Origin: Tubiluchus corallicola
Lineage: Eukaryota > Animalia > Priapulida
NCBI GenBank assembly: GCA_030141605.1
Contig: JAQGDQ010001186.1
Location: 1 to 56,811, forward strand
Length of the DNA: 56,811 nucleotides
Direction: 5' to 3'
Every line of letters begins with the position of its first letter. Position 1 is the stretch's first letter. Shown here piece by piece: positions 36,301 to 50,200 of the stretch. Under the pieces are notes generated by a model. The model searched no databases and was not told the origin of the DNA. It worked only from the letters and a program-made list of their open reading frames with translations. The position numbers were made by a program, and so were the translations under genes.

Positions 36301-39300
36301 CTTTGTATTGGAAGCTAAAAAGTATGGAGCCAAATCAGTGTATTAACGGCCGAGTAGTGTTGCCACTTTAACCATAATTATCAGAACAAGCACGTTCATG
36401 GTACAATAAGGAGACTATACAATAATCGATAATTGTACGATAATTTAGTATACTAAAACTAAAATTGAAACTATTGAAGCTAAAAAACAAAGCGTGAAAA
36501 AATGTGCATTGAAAAAATTTACTGCTAACCAGTGAGAAATAAACAAACTTTGATTTCAACTGATTTTAAATATTCCTCGGTTCAGCTTTAAAGTTTCACA
36601 AGGCTTTAAAAAATATTTTTCCTCCCTACTGACATCTTTTGAGCTGAAAGACAATTTTTTGCAGGCCGGCCTGATTTTTTTTTATTCACTGCAAAGCCCA
36701 TAGAGCTATCCTTCAGAGATTTCTTTTGGTAAGATTTTCGCGGAAGTTTCTGTTGCTGGCAATAATGCCACAAAAAGTATTTACAGTATTCTGCTTTGAC
36801 TTGCATTCGTTCTGATTCGCTTTAGCCATCTGCATTCTCTTGTACCCTGCCATGCTGGTGTACAGGGGCAGATACAGGTTTTAAAACAATGGTGGGCCCA
36901 ACAGAAAAGCAATTAGATGGTCTGGGGGCAGTGTAAGCTTCCCTGCGAGGTACACCCGGACAGCAATGCATTTTGCTGCATTTTAGACCACTTTCCTGCC
37001 TTCTAGAAACCACCTCCTCTAGGAAACTCACTAGTTTAGACAGGTGTCTCCTCATCTTTGACTCAAAATTACATACCAGTATATTCATATACATTATACG
37101 GCATACATAATGTACATAACTTCATCTGTTTTCTTGTGATATATGATTTTTACAGGTATAAGGCACCATACACATCTAACAAAGTGTTCTAATGCTTATA
37201 ATTCACAGAAAATATTAATTTGGTGTATTGTGACGGTTACTGTGAAAGGGAGGGCCCAGGCCCATTGGGCACACCCCCTAGATCCGCCACTGATGTATAT
37301 CTTTTCACGAACGTTCATTTTTGCAAACGAGTTGTTTTATTCTTAATTAGCCGCTACTAGAGACGACACAAAAATCATCAAAGTTCGAGGCACAACGAAA
37401 AAGACCATTCACATCTTCACATCATCCGGACAAGTGATTTCTCAATTTGTGGTGAGTGAAAATTTTTTTTCATTTCTTCTCTCGCTTTTTAGTATACCCC
37501 CCTCCTAAAGAAGTTTCCATGCAAAATTATATTACTCACAAATACGCTTACTTGTTTGAAAGATTTACGTAACTAGAAAAGAAAATTCTTGGTTGGCATC
37601 ATCTGGTAAAATAACAGTGCATCACCTTCCCAGTGTGTACCAGTGATTCACTAAAAACACTTTGTTGGTCCTAGTGACAATACAAAGTAATTTAAACTGT
37701 TGCTTAGTTCGTGAAGTTTGTTCTACAGATGCTCTGATTATTTTTTAAGTTTTACACAATGTTATCTAAAATTGTTTCAACCGACTTGCCATTAAAATGG
37801 CTGCACCTAACGGTCGTCTCGGAAGAAGTTTAAATTTACAAGCTTAGTTGTTGCTAATGCAAGCTCTTTGTGCAATAAGAGCACATTAAAGCAATGCAAA
37901 ATTTTAAGGCGAATTTTCAGGACTTATTTCTAAACATATTTCTATTTAGTCCTAACCTTTGGTATACAGTTATACATAAACTGATTAATTAATTATTAAA
38001 GATTTAATAATTAATTGATTATTATAAGATTTAATTATTAAATGTGATTAATAAACTGATAAACTGATTTAGGCTGTATTGCAAGAGAAATAGAATTACA
38101 AAATGTGATGTGTGGCTATTAACTGTTAGTAATGAGTTAAAGGAGAAGAAAAACCTTCACTTACATAAAGCTTAAAAAATTCGACTTAAAATTTTATGCC
38201 CCTTACACATTACCTTTTCGTGTGCAGGGCTTGCATCGTCCGTAACGCTGTATAAAACGTGTAAATATAAATTCCTGCGATGACTGTTAGGCGCAGCCAT
38301 TTTAATGGCAGGTCGTTTGAAACAAGCATTCATGGCATATATGTTGTTGCTAATTAAGTAAAATTTTAAAATTTTAAATTACTGTATCTTTCTGCAATAA
38401 GATTAAAACTACGTTTTTGGCTAGTGAGTGGCGCACCCTGGAGGGTGAGTCAGTGACATTTTACCAATTGGCACGACATTTTAAATTATTAGTCTAGTTA
38501 CGTAAGTCTTTCCAGCAGGTAAGCGAAATGCTAAGTAATATACATTTGCATGGAAAGTTTTTTGAGACATAATTTAACATTTCCTTTCCTTCTCCTGATT
38601 TACATTTACGTAAGTGACGTCATGTAATGGCGACTTCGGAACAGCATTGTGGGAGATTTAAAATGAAAACAAACAAAAATTCTTTTTAATGCGAATACGA
38701 TATATGCATAAAATTGCTGTAAAGTAGTATAATTTTCAAGGCGATTTTTCTGAAACCTACTTCAGGTGCATCTTTTCTTGTCCTTTAAATAAACATTGAT
38801 GTTAAATTAGTAATGCTACATATGATCAATTGATAAAAAGATTCTAGATTCTATATAGTCCTGGATTGCTCGAAACAATGTATCAGGACTTATTTATGAA
38901 GAGTTTTTTCTTGTGATTTAAGCAAAACCAATAACTCTTGAAATGAGGCAATATAAGTGTACATCTATCTGCATCACTGAATTTTAGTGGATGAGCGGGA
39001 AGTTGCTACAGATGCATTGGACGGCAGCCGAGGATCTCCTCTGCGTTCAGGAGGATGGGCAGGTTCTGGTGTATGATATATTTGGCCGCTTCGTACGAAA
39101 TTTCGGCATGGGTCAGGTAGGATCGTAGTAACACGATTATATAACGTAGTAAAATCGTAGTTTTTTTTGCTATTGAAATTATTTCAGAATAAGAATTTAT
39201 TTTGAGAAGAAAAGTAGGGTGAGGTAATACAATTGACAATTACTACATTATTACTACTGGACAAAAGAAAATCATTTTAATTATTCTAAATTTAAATTTA

Positions 39301-42300
39301 TGTTGTATATTTATCTTAATGTCATCATACTTTTTTAGTTTTGGATAGTGCTGCCACCTTCAGGTGTTCTTGTTAAAATTGTTAAATCTTTCTCTTTACT
39401 GTTTAAATTTTCATTGCCTTCTACAGTCTTTATGAATGCATAATCTCTAAACCTGTTTTCACACCTAAATGATTTCACCTGTAGTTTTGGTCACTTGGTT
39501 TTCTGATTTTCAACATGACACTACTTCACTGTTAATGTAGATTTTCAGAATAAAATCTTGAAACTAAATTTCAAGTTTTTTGGTTTCTTCGAACCAACTA
39601 CATTAGTACTTCTTTAGTAGATTCTACATTATTGCGAGCCCTGATGGAAAAGCTTCTTCTTAAACTATGCTAGAATTAGAAAATGCAGGAAATCGTGTTA
39701 TTTTTACTTTGGAACTACGTTAGTAAGTGGCGCTTCTGTTTGCATTTTTCATTATTTTGCCTCACGAACTTTGTTAAGCAAATGCTTCCTGTCTGTGTCA
39801 GTTTTAGCTAGAAAGATTGCCATTTTGAGAGGAATCATGTGACGTATGTTGCTGCTGTTTTATTGTATGCATGTGATAGTTGTGAAGCCCTGAAGTGGTA
39901 AAATGTTAGACTGCTATCTGTACGCGCAGTGGACAGACTCAATTTATTTAAAGGAAGACAGGATGACTTTTCATACACTGCCCCATTTTCAAGTCCGATA
40001 AAAAGTATACATTTTAACACGTTTAATATTGCAAAAGTGTTTCTGATAATTAAATAATAGATTAAAAACTTAATTAATATTTGCACAGAAAAGTGTTTAT
40101 TAACTACATACACATAAGTAGAATGACTGCTGCACTGAACACTGAGAATGAGAGTGTCCTGCAATGAACACTGAGAGTGAGAGTGTCCTGCACTGAACAC
40201 TAAGAGTGAGAGAGTCCTGCACTGAACACTGAGAATGAGAGAGTCCTGCAATGAACACTGAGAGTGAGAGTGTCCTGCACTGAACACTGAGAATGAGAGA
40301 GTCCTGCACTGAACACTGAGAATAAGAGTGTCCTGCAATGAACACTGAGAATGAGAGAGTCCTGCACTGAACACTGAGAATGAGAGAGTCCTGCAATGAA
40401 CACTGAGAGTGAGAGTGTCCTGCACTGAACACTGAGAGTGAGAGTGTCCTGCAATGAACAATGAGAATGAGAGAGTCCTGCAATGAACACTGAGAATGAG
40501 AGTGTCCTGCAATGAACACGGAGAGTGAGAGTGTCCTGCACTGAACACTGAGAGTGAGAGTGTCCTGCACTGAACACTGAGAGTGAGAGTGTCCTGCAAT
40601 GAACACTGAGAGTGAGAGTGTCCTGCACTGAACACTAAGAGTGAGAGAGTCCTGCACTGAACACTGAGAATGAGAGAGTCCTGCAATGAACACTGAGAGT
40701 GAGAGTGTCCTGCACTGAACACTGAGAATGAGAGAGTCCTGCACTGAACACTGAGAATAAGAGTGTCCTGCACTGAACACTGAGAATGAGAGAGTCCTGC
40801 ACTGAACACTGAGAATGAGAGAGTCCTGCAATGAACACTGAGAATAAGAGTGTCCTGCACTGAACACTGAGAGTGAGAGTGTCCTGCAATGAACACTGAG
40901 AATGAGAGAGTCCTGCAATGAACACTGAGAATGAGAGTGTCCTGCAATGAACACTGAGAGTGAGAGTGTCCTGCACTGAACACTGAGAGTGAGAGTGTCC
41001 TGCACTGAACACTGAGAGTGAGAGTGTCCTGCACTGAACACTGAGAATAAGAGTGTCCTGCACTGAACACTGAGAGTGAGAGTGTCCTGCAATGAACACT
41101 GAGAATAAGAGTGTCCTGCACTGAACACTGAGAGTTAGACAGTGACTAGAAAGTAAAACCAGTCAATATATGTAGGTATAGGTGACTTATGCAGACAGGC
41201 TTCACAAAAACCATTACTTTAAAATAGGGAGAGATCCAGTGAATATGCATTACAATTATACTGGGGGTAAGTAGCTGGTAGAGTAACAGGATTAGTTCAT
41301 AGATGGCAGCACCTAATTAAAAATGTACAATTACAACTTCCACACCTTAATTAACGGCAGGCGAGCCCAACTATTGATGACATCACAAACTAACATAATT
41401 CTCAACAGCAAAAATATTCCACGAGTGTGTTACACGTATTACATTCATTGGGTAATAGTAGGCGAACAGATTCAAAGCAAAACCGCTACGCTAGCGTAAT
41501 AGCCCATGATAAACGTACCTGCTCACAAACAAAACAGTACTTAACATGATTGTTTCTACATACATAGTGCACAAAAGGGAAGTAAAGATGACGTAAAACT
41601 AGGAAAGGTTCTTTGGGCACATACAAATGTCTTATTTTATGTACGTGAAGGAAAAATGTTGAGTCAATTATGCGGAGTTATTTAAGTCAATAACCGATAG
41701 TTTTTATGTAGATTTGAATAAAAGCGGCCCATTCCAGAAGTTTTTGAGTCAATTAAGTGATTGAGTCTATTAACCGTGAGGTTATTAAGCGGCACCTCCT
41801 GTACTAGCATTTAATTGCCCGCGCTAAAAAATAGGCAGTCGAGGGCAAAATGACGCCATAGCTTATCCATCATGGGAAGAAATGTACCAGTGATGGAGTG
41901 GCGCTTGAGAGAGAGCCTATCACAGGGTGAAAGCGGGGATTTTTGAATGTAAAATGTGAAGCAGAGGTGTGCAAATTATCTGACTAGCCGGGCCACATTA
42001 AACTTTCCCGCAATTCGGGCCACAGGCAGTTTAATCAAGGTGCCAAGTACAGAAGGGCCTAATAACGATTTTTTTTGCATCCGACCTGAGTACATCATTA
42101 CTACGACACTCAAAAAACTATTTTAGAAGTTATTAAAATTTATATTACAAACCATATATTTCTACTTTCAGGACAGATAGTAGTAATTTCATTAAAATGC
42201 ATATTAGTAATGTGTATTACACAGTCTGTGTAGTACAGTGACATTAAGCTACAACCGTCTTGTAAGGGTTAATGGCATCCGATCTAGTAGAAAAAACTAC

Positions 42301-45300
42301 CCGCACTATCTTTGGGATCGTGGCACGGACTTCAGCTGGATACACTCTATTAATCGCCTGGGCCGCACTTTCATTGGGTTGACAGATCTCTTCGCGGGCC
42401 AAATTCTCTCAGCGAACCGCAAGTGGCCCGCGGGGCGCAATTTGCACACCCCTGATGTAAAGCATCATATATTTGGATGAAATTTCTTCAACAAGGCACA
42501 ACAACTGTTATGAACTCATGTTGTTTTACACTTTGGTATCCTTTAATGTACACGTTCCTTGCAGGAGGCTAAAGATACTGGTGTGATTGAGAGCAAAGTG
42601 TTCGCCACGTCACTGGGTACGGGGTTGGCTATTTTAACCGGACAGTACCGGATTTTTATGATAAACAACGTGAACAATCCGACAATTCGACGATTGGCCG
42701 AAATTGCAGGTATTGTTAACGACAGTCGCCGTCTTTATCGGAAAGCCAAATAATCGTTAATTTGTCTGTTCCATGTCCGAAATGTGAGGATTAAACTCTC
42801 GACTTTTTCGAAATTTTGATCAAACAGCATGCGGAAAAAATGTTCTAGCGGCGCCTGGTGGGACTCTCGGAAGGAGATATATGGCTCCTTAGTAAGAGAA
42901 AAGGTAGGGCTACACGATGATGTGGGCTATGTGTTAGGACACGTCCACCAAAAAGAGTAGCAACGAGTTAATTAGATGTTCTATTTTTGGCAATTTTCGC
43001 ATAGAAAACTGCTGACGCAAAACCATTGTTCTGACGTCATCCATTATACTCTGCCTGTAACCTTATAACTTTAATTCAGTAAAAGCTGCTGCTACTGGCT
43101 TTGCGTTAGGAAAATAAAGGAACACTATGTAGGATGTTCGCGTATTTTTAATTATGAGTGTATTTATATGCAAAATTTTTTGCGGGGCTTTTGCTAGTGT
43201 TTTATTAAAGTCAGAAATTGCCTCCAGAGTGCGTGGCCTCAGAATTGTAGACCCCAGTTTCAATCAACAAGTTGCTTTATGGTATAAATTATATTGAGTG
43301 TTTTAAAACTCACTATTACAATAGGTTTTCCATTAGACAAACAAAACGTTTCGTGGCGTACTACCCACATCGTCAATTGTAAATAACTGTAAGTGAAAAT
43401 CTTCAACAATTCCTATGATCATGTACTGAGGTAATAAGGGAAATCTTTGGAATTAACACCATTAGCTGCGGTGTGATTGCAGCTACCGTCCACGACCAGT
43501 CCAGGAGGAAGAGGGGGTTACTCTATAAAAGTAATTTGTAGCCATAGCCCTCCATCCTCCTGTTTGGGTCCGGATGCTGACGCCGCATGTCTCTTTGATC
43601 AAGAGCTGATACCGTATGTGTGCTGTATCAATCACCTCGAACTTTTCAAGTGTGAATTTCACACCCAGTCGTATTCACCCTTGACTATTAGCTGGACCAT
43701 TAGCTTGACCATCGCCCTTGACCATTATAGCAGTAATTACAATAAGATGTCTCAAAAAGGCTTGTTGTCCCCCCCCTCCCCCATAGTTGTACCATGTTTA
43801 TTGTTTACAGGGCTTAATTCTCCACCCAGTAGCTGGGCCGTGTTTATTGTTTACTATTTATTGTTTACAGGACTTAATTCTCCACCCAGTAGCTGGGCCG
43901 TGTTTATTGTTTACGATTTATTGTTTACAGGGCTTAATTCTCCACCCAGTAGCTGGACCGTGTTTATTGTTTACTATTTATTGTTTACAGGGCTTAATTC
44001 TCCACCCAGTAGCTGGGCCGTGTTTATTGTTTACTATTTATTGTTTACAGGACTTAATTCTCCACCCAGTAGCTGGTCCGTGTTTATTGTTTACTATTTA
44101 TTGTTTACAGGGCTTAATTCTCCACCCAGTAGCTGGTCCATGTTTATTGTTTACGATTTATTGTTTACAGGGCTTAATTCTCCACCCAGTAGCTGGACCG
44201 TGTTTATTGTTTACTATTTATTGTTTACAGGGCTTAATTCTCCACCCAGTAGCTGGTCCGTGTTTATTGTTTACTATTTATTGTTTACAGGGCTTAATTC
44301 TCCACCCAGTAGCTGGGCCGTGTTTATTGTTTACTATTTATTGTTTACAGGGCTTAATTCTCCACCCAGTAGCTGGACCGTGTTTATTGTTTACTATTTA
44401 TTGTTTACAGGACTTAATTCTCCACCCAGTAGCTGGACCGTGTTTATTGTTTACTATTTATTGTTTACAGGGCTTAATTCTCCACCCAGTAGCTGGGCCG
44501 TGTTTATTGTTTACTATTTATTGTTTACAGGACTTAATTCTCCACCCAGTAGCTGGTCCGTGTTTATTGTTTACGATTTATTGTTTACAGGGCTTAATTC
44601 TCCACCCAGTAGCTGGGCCGTGTTTATTGTTTACTATTTATTGTTTACAGGACTTAATTCTCCACCCAGTAGCTGGTCCGTGTTTATTGTTTACGATTTA
44701 TTGTTTACAGGGCTTAATTCTCCACCCAGTAGCTGGTCCGTGTTTATTGTTTACTATTTATTGTTTACAGGGCTTAATTTTCCACCCAGTAGCTGGGCCG
44801 TGTTTATTGTTTACTATTTATTGTTTACAGGACTTAATTCTCCACCCAGTAGCTGGGCCGTGTTTATTGTTTACTATTTATTGTTTACAGGACTTAATTC
44901 TCCACCCAGTAGCTGGGCCGTGTTTATTGTTTACTATTTATTGTTTACAGGGCTTAATTCTCCACCCAGTAGCTGGGCCGTGTTTATTGTTACTATTTAT
45001 TGTTTACAGGGCTTAATTCTCCACCCAGTAGCTGGGCCGTGTTTATTGTTTACTATTTATTGTTTACAGGGCTTAATTCTCCACCCAGTAGCTGGGCCGT
45101 GTTTATTGTTTACTATTTATTGTTTACAGGACTTAATTCTCCACCCAGTAGCTGGACCTTGTTTATTGTTTACGATTTATTGTTTACAGGACTTAATTCT
45201 CCACCCAGTAGCTGGTCCGTGTTTATTGTTTACTATTTATTGTTTACAGGGCTTAATTTTCCACCCAGTAGCTGGGCCGTGTTTATTGTTACTATTTATT

Positions 45301-47194
45301 GTTTACAGGACTTAATTCTCCACCCAGTAGCTGGGCCGTGTTTATTGTTTACTATTTATTGTTTACAGGACTTAATTCTCCACCCAGTAGCTGGGCCGTG
45401 TTTATTGTTTACTATTTATTGTTTACAGGACTTAATTCTCCACCCAGTAGCTGGACCTTGTTTATTGTTTACTATTTATTGTTTACAGGGCTTAATTCTC
45501 CACCCAGTAGCTGGACCGTGTTTATTGTTACTATTTATTGTTTACAGGACTTAATTCTCCACCCAGTAGCTGGTCCGTGTTTATTATTTACGATTTATTG
45601 TTTACAGGGCTTAATTCTCCACCCAGTAGCTGGGCCGTGTTTATTGTTACTATTTATTGTTTACAGGGCTTAATTCTCCACCCAGTAGCTGGACCGTGTT
45701 TATTGTTTACTATTTATTGTTTACAGGACTTAATTCTCCACCCAGTAGCTGGTCCGTGTTTATTATTTACGATTTATTGTTTACAGGGCTTAATTCTCCA
45801 CCCAGTAGCTGGACCTTGTTTAATTTAGACCGTCAGACTAGAGCTCTGGTAGCTAAAGATGCGGACCTGTACTTGCTTGACCAGAATGGACATTGTCAAC
45901 AACAGGTAATATCTGTGCCATCTTGGCCATTCAAACGTTAAATGAAAGATCTTAATATTTAGTCTCTTCTCGTTCAAGTTTTACTTTTCTATCCTTCTGT
46001 CTCGGAAGACAATGGAGTGTGCGCCAAGAGAGTTAGTTATTGATCACATTGATGGAGCTGCAGCGTCGACTGTGGCTGAGCAATCCGATCCTTGAACGTC
46101 TCCAGGGCGCACGCCTGGGCAAGGTGTATGGAGATCCTGAGTTGCCCAGACAACAGGAACCCCCTCTCTTCCTCCCTGGTGTAGTCCAAAGGAAAGCGGA
46201 GCGATATGTTTGGCACCAGGTTGGCTGCAGCAGCTGCCGGAGTCAGTGAGCATGCTGCACTGGTCCGCCTCCGGGGCTCCACTCCTGATTTGGAAGGTTT
46301 ATTCCTCTACACATGACCGTTGGGTCACCACTTGACCCCTCTAGCCATTGGCTGCTTGTGCAGCTCCTCCGCCTAATGTCGAGATACAGTGTGGGCATCC
46401 CGCAGGCCTACAGCACTTGGTATTCATAGGCGGTCACCCATCCAAGTACTAACCAGACTCTATGTTGCTTAACTTCGGTGATCAGACAAGAACCGGTGTT
46501 TTCAACGTGATATGCCCGTAGATAGCTTTACTCTACTAGATACATTACTGTAAAATACTGACATTTTTATTCATTGTCTGTTTTGACTCCATTCCTGCGT
46601 TTTAACAAACTGAGGCACAAAATACCAGAAGATGATAAAGTTTCACCTTTCCTTCCTCTTACTTTTAAGTTTTTTCTGTTTTCTCCAGTTTCCGGAATTT
46701 GTTAAACCGGTCAAGGCAATCACGGAGATGTCCATTTCACTCAACTGTAAGCACCTGGCGTTGTTCTCGGACGCCGGCGTCATGTGGCTGGGCTCCTCCG
46801 ACCTCAAGGTAAGAAACTGTACGTTTATTGTCAGTAGAAAATTCAGAATTTTAAGTTTTCAGGTTATCACTGAACTAAACTGAGATTTTTCTTGTGCGAT
46901 GATCACTGAGCCTTACTGAAATAACATCAAACTTGCACATCACGAGTTAAAGAAAAAAAATTAATAAAGAAGATGAATGAAAAAGGGATGAGTGAATAAT
47001 AATAATAATAACGACGGCGATGATGATGATGATAATAGTGATGATAATGATGATAACGATGATGATGACGATGATGATGTTGATGGTGATGGTGATGATA
47101 ATAGTGATGATAATGATGACAGCGATGACGATGATGATGGTGATGATGATAATAGCGATGATAATGATGATAGTGATGACGATGACGATGATGG

Positions 47195-47225
<31 letters not shown>

Positions 47226-50200
47226 ATTATATTGCCACTTCGTGTGTTTATTGTTGATGTTCTGTGAGATGGGACTGGGAAAATTGTGTTAAGTCATCGA
47301 CTGAAAAGTGTATTTTTTAACAGTAAAAGTGATATGCTGGGATGAGAATTTTCCGCGGACACGCGGAATTCCGAGTTTTTGGAAGACCAGTAGTGCCAAA
47401 TTTGTAAATCGCGTTGAGAAAATTTTTACGGACCCTAGTACATTATTTCACAAGCTGACCGCTAGGTGACAGGCCGTCACTTTGTTTACATCACGTGCAT
47501 CAGTGTAACCACGTGTATATCTCTATTTATAAAAATATAGAATCAATTGTGCGGAGTTATTTGAGTCAATTGCAGACAGTTTTTATATACTTTTGCATAG
47601 GAGCAGCCAGTACTTAGGCGTTTTTGAGACAATTAGGTATCATGTATCCTTGATAGTTGGGTATTTTAAATTATGCATGAAACAAGGTAATTGATATTTT
47701 AAGTCCACTTAGAGGCTCTCTATGGTTACAAAATTACAATTTCTTGCTGGCTCCCCTTGAACTCCATTGGGGGCCTAGGTGGCCCCAAAACCCCCAGCCT
47801 GTTTCAGAGTTTTTTGCATTTTGTCATTCTCATCCCTGGATATAACGTCACATTTAAATTAGCTCTATTTCAGGCACGTCATGACGTGTTTGTTCTTTGC
47901 AGAATCGCTATTGTGAATTCGACACAAAGTGCGAAGTGAGACCGAAGCAGTTGGTTTGGTGCGGCAAGCGGGCCGTTGTCGCACACTGGGATAAGTTTAT
48001 CCTGCTGGTGGGATTCGAACGAGATTTTATACAGTATCTTTTGAAATGTTCTCATTTGTATTAGCGCTGCTGTGATTGCAAACTTACAATGGCAAAAGTA
48101 ATTAGTCATTTGTATTAGCGCTGCTGTGATTGCAAGCTTACAATGGCAAAAGTAATTAGTCAGTTTTCTGTTAACATTGTTTTTAAAATATTATTTAAAA
48201 TTCATAAATTCAAGTAGTAAAGTCGTTAGTGTTATGTACAGAAAGCTTTCACTATTTCATTCATGTTCCAAAGTCGTTAATTATAAAGAGAATAATAAAG
48301 AGAACATTAACAAGTAAGAAAATAAATAAAACGATAAACAGAAGTTTAGTAATTACGAAGAAGTCAACTTATTGGTAAAAGTACTTTCTCAAATTTCAGA
48401 GATCGAATTCATAACTTAATTAAATTATTTAAATTCATGTAACTTACTTCGTTGGCTCTTCGTCAAGATTTAAAGTTTCTCAAGGTACGAATTTGGTTAT
48501 AACTAAACGCTGTTCTTAACTATAACACAATAACGACAAAAAACATTGCTGTAAATAAAAACGCGACCATCATTGTTCTCCTTCTGTCCTTTCCTCTCCG
48601 CACTGCTCGTAGAGGGCAGCACCTTCCAATAAATAGGTGTCGTTATGCATATTGCAGTTACAGTTAGGTCTGTAGACTGTAGACTCCATTTTGCATGCAA
48701 AGTAGAATGAATACAAGTGTCAAATAGATTTAAGGTATGAATTAGAAGTGTTGAAAAGTCTCTGAATTAACATCATCAGTTCCAGTATGAATATCTGGTG
48801 CTTGTTTCTTATCTGTTGATCAGCTATTCGTACGACGTGCCGCTGCATCTAGTTCCAGAGCTGGACTGCCTGCGAATCATCAGCCAGGAGGCGCACGAGA
48901 TTTTACAAGAAGTGCCCAGTAAGTTGCTTAATTACGGAAACGACAGAATAAGTTCTGTACAATTTAGGAAAGTTTTTTGTACTGCTAGTTAGACCGAACC
49001 CACGTTTTTGTCCCTGGCTATAAAAATTTCGCAATTTTAGAAATAAGTACAAGGAAATCATGTTTTAAAGGAAGACAGGATGATTTTTCATATACCACCC
49101 CGTTTTCAAGTACAACATTTTAACACAATTAATACTGCAGAAGCATTTCTGATAATTAAACAATAGATTAAAAACTTCATTAACGGCGGGCGAGCTCAAC
49201 TATTGAAGACATCACAAACTAACATCATTTTCAACTGCAAAAACATTGCATGAGCGTGTTGCACATGTTTTGCGAAAGAGAAAATTGAAGTACAGCGCTA
49301 CTGTAAGATATTCAATGTGTTGTGCTAAAACTAGACAAGTTTTAAGATAAAAATTCAAATTTCAAATTAACCGCTGTGCTCACGCATGAGCTGTCGAACG
49401 TGTGTAGTTCATCACAAGTTAAGACATCTTAACTGACAGGTACAGCACATGTTTTTGTGAAATGCGTTTCCGAAATGCAGACGCTAGTGCCCGTCTAACT
49501 AGCGAATGGCGAAATGCAAAATTACGTTTCATGGTAATAATTCTTTCACGTAAGTCATTTTTGAAAAAAATAGCCTGTTTCCTTTTGATATTTTAAAGAG
49601 TAGATTGTTTTGACTTGCACTTTAAGATTTGGTCTGGTTTTGCTTTACACACTAAATTATAGATCCTTTAGTCCAGGGGTGTGCAAATTGCGGCCCGCCG
49701 AGAGAATTTGTGCGGCCCGCGAAGAGATTTGTCAACCTAATAAAAGTGCGGCCCGGGCGATTAATTGAGTGTATCCAGCTGAAGTCCGTGCCACGATCCC
49801 AAAGATAGTGCGGGTAGTTTTTTCTACTAGATCGGATGCCATTAACCCTTACAAGACGGTTGTAGCTTAATGTCACTGTACTACACAGACTGTGTGATAC
49901 ACATTACTAATATGCATTGTAATGAAATTACCACTATCTGTCCTGAAAGTAGAAATATATGGTTTGTAATATAAATTTTAATAACTTCTAAAATAGTTTC
50001 TTGAGTGTAGTAGTAATGATGTACGCAGGTCGGATGCAAAAAAAAATCGTTATTAGGCCCTACTGTACTTGGCTCCTTGATCAAACTGCCTGTGGCCTGC
50101 AGGAATTGTGGGAAAGTTTAATGTGGCCCGGCTAGTCAGATAATTTGCACACCCCTGGTTTAATCCTTTTGATGTTGAGATTAAAAACTAAGCACTCTTG

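Noticed and set aside
39835-41128. 428-aa and 342-aa minus-strand ORFs
   Set aside because: A stop-free 29-bp satellite read through all frames, with no protein features.
42238-42480. Duplicated 74-80 aa ORF (also 49652-49876) as a small gene family
   Set aside because: Both lie within copies of the same non-autonomous MITE and have no transposase motifs.
43477-45315. 612-aa and overlapping 409-aa repetitive ORFs as standalone genes
   Set aside because: They are translations of the 60-bp array with non-ATG starts. Only the last unit belongs to VPS16 exon 6.
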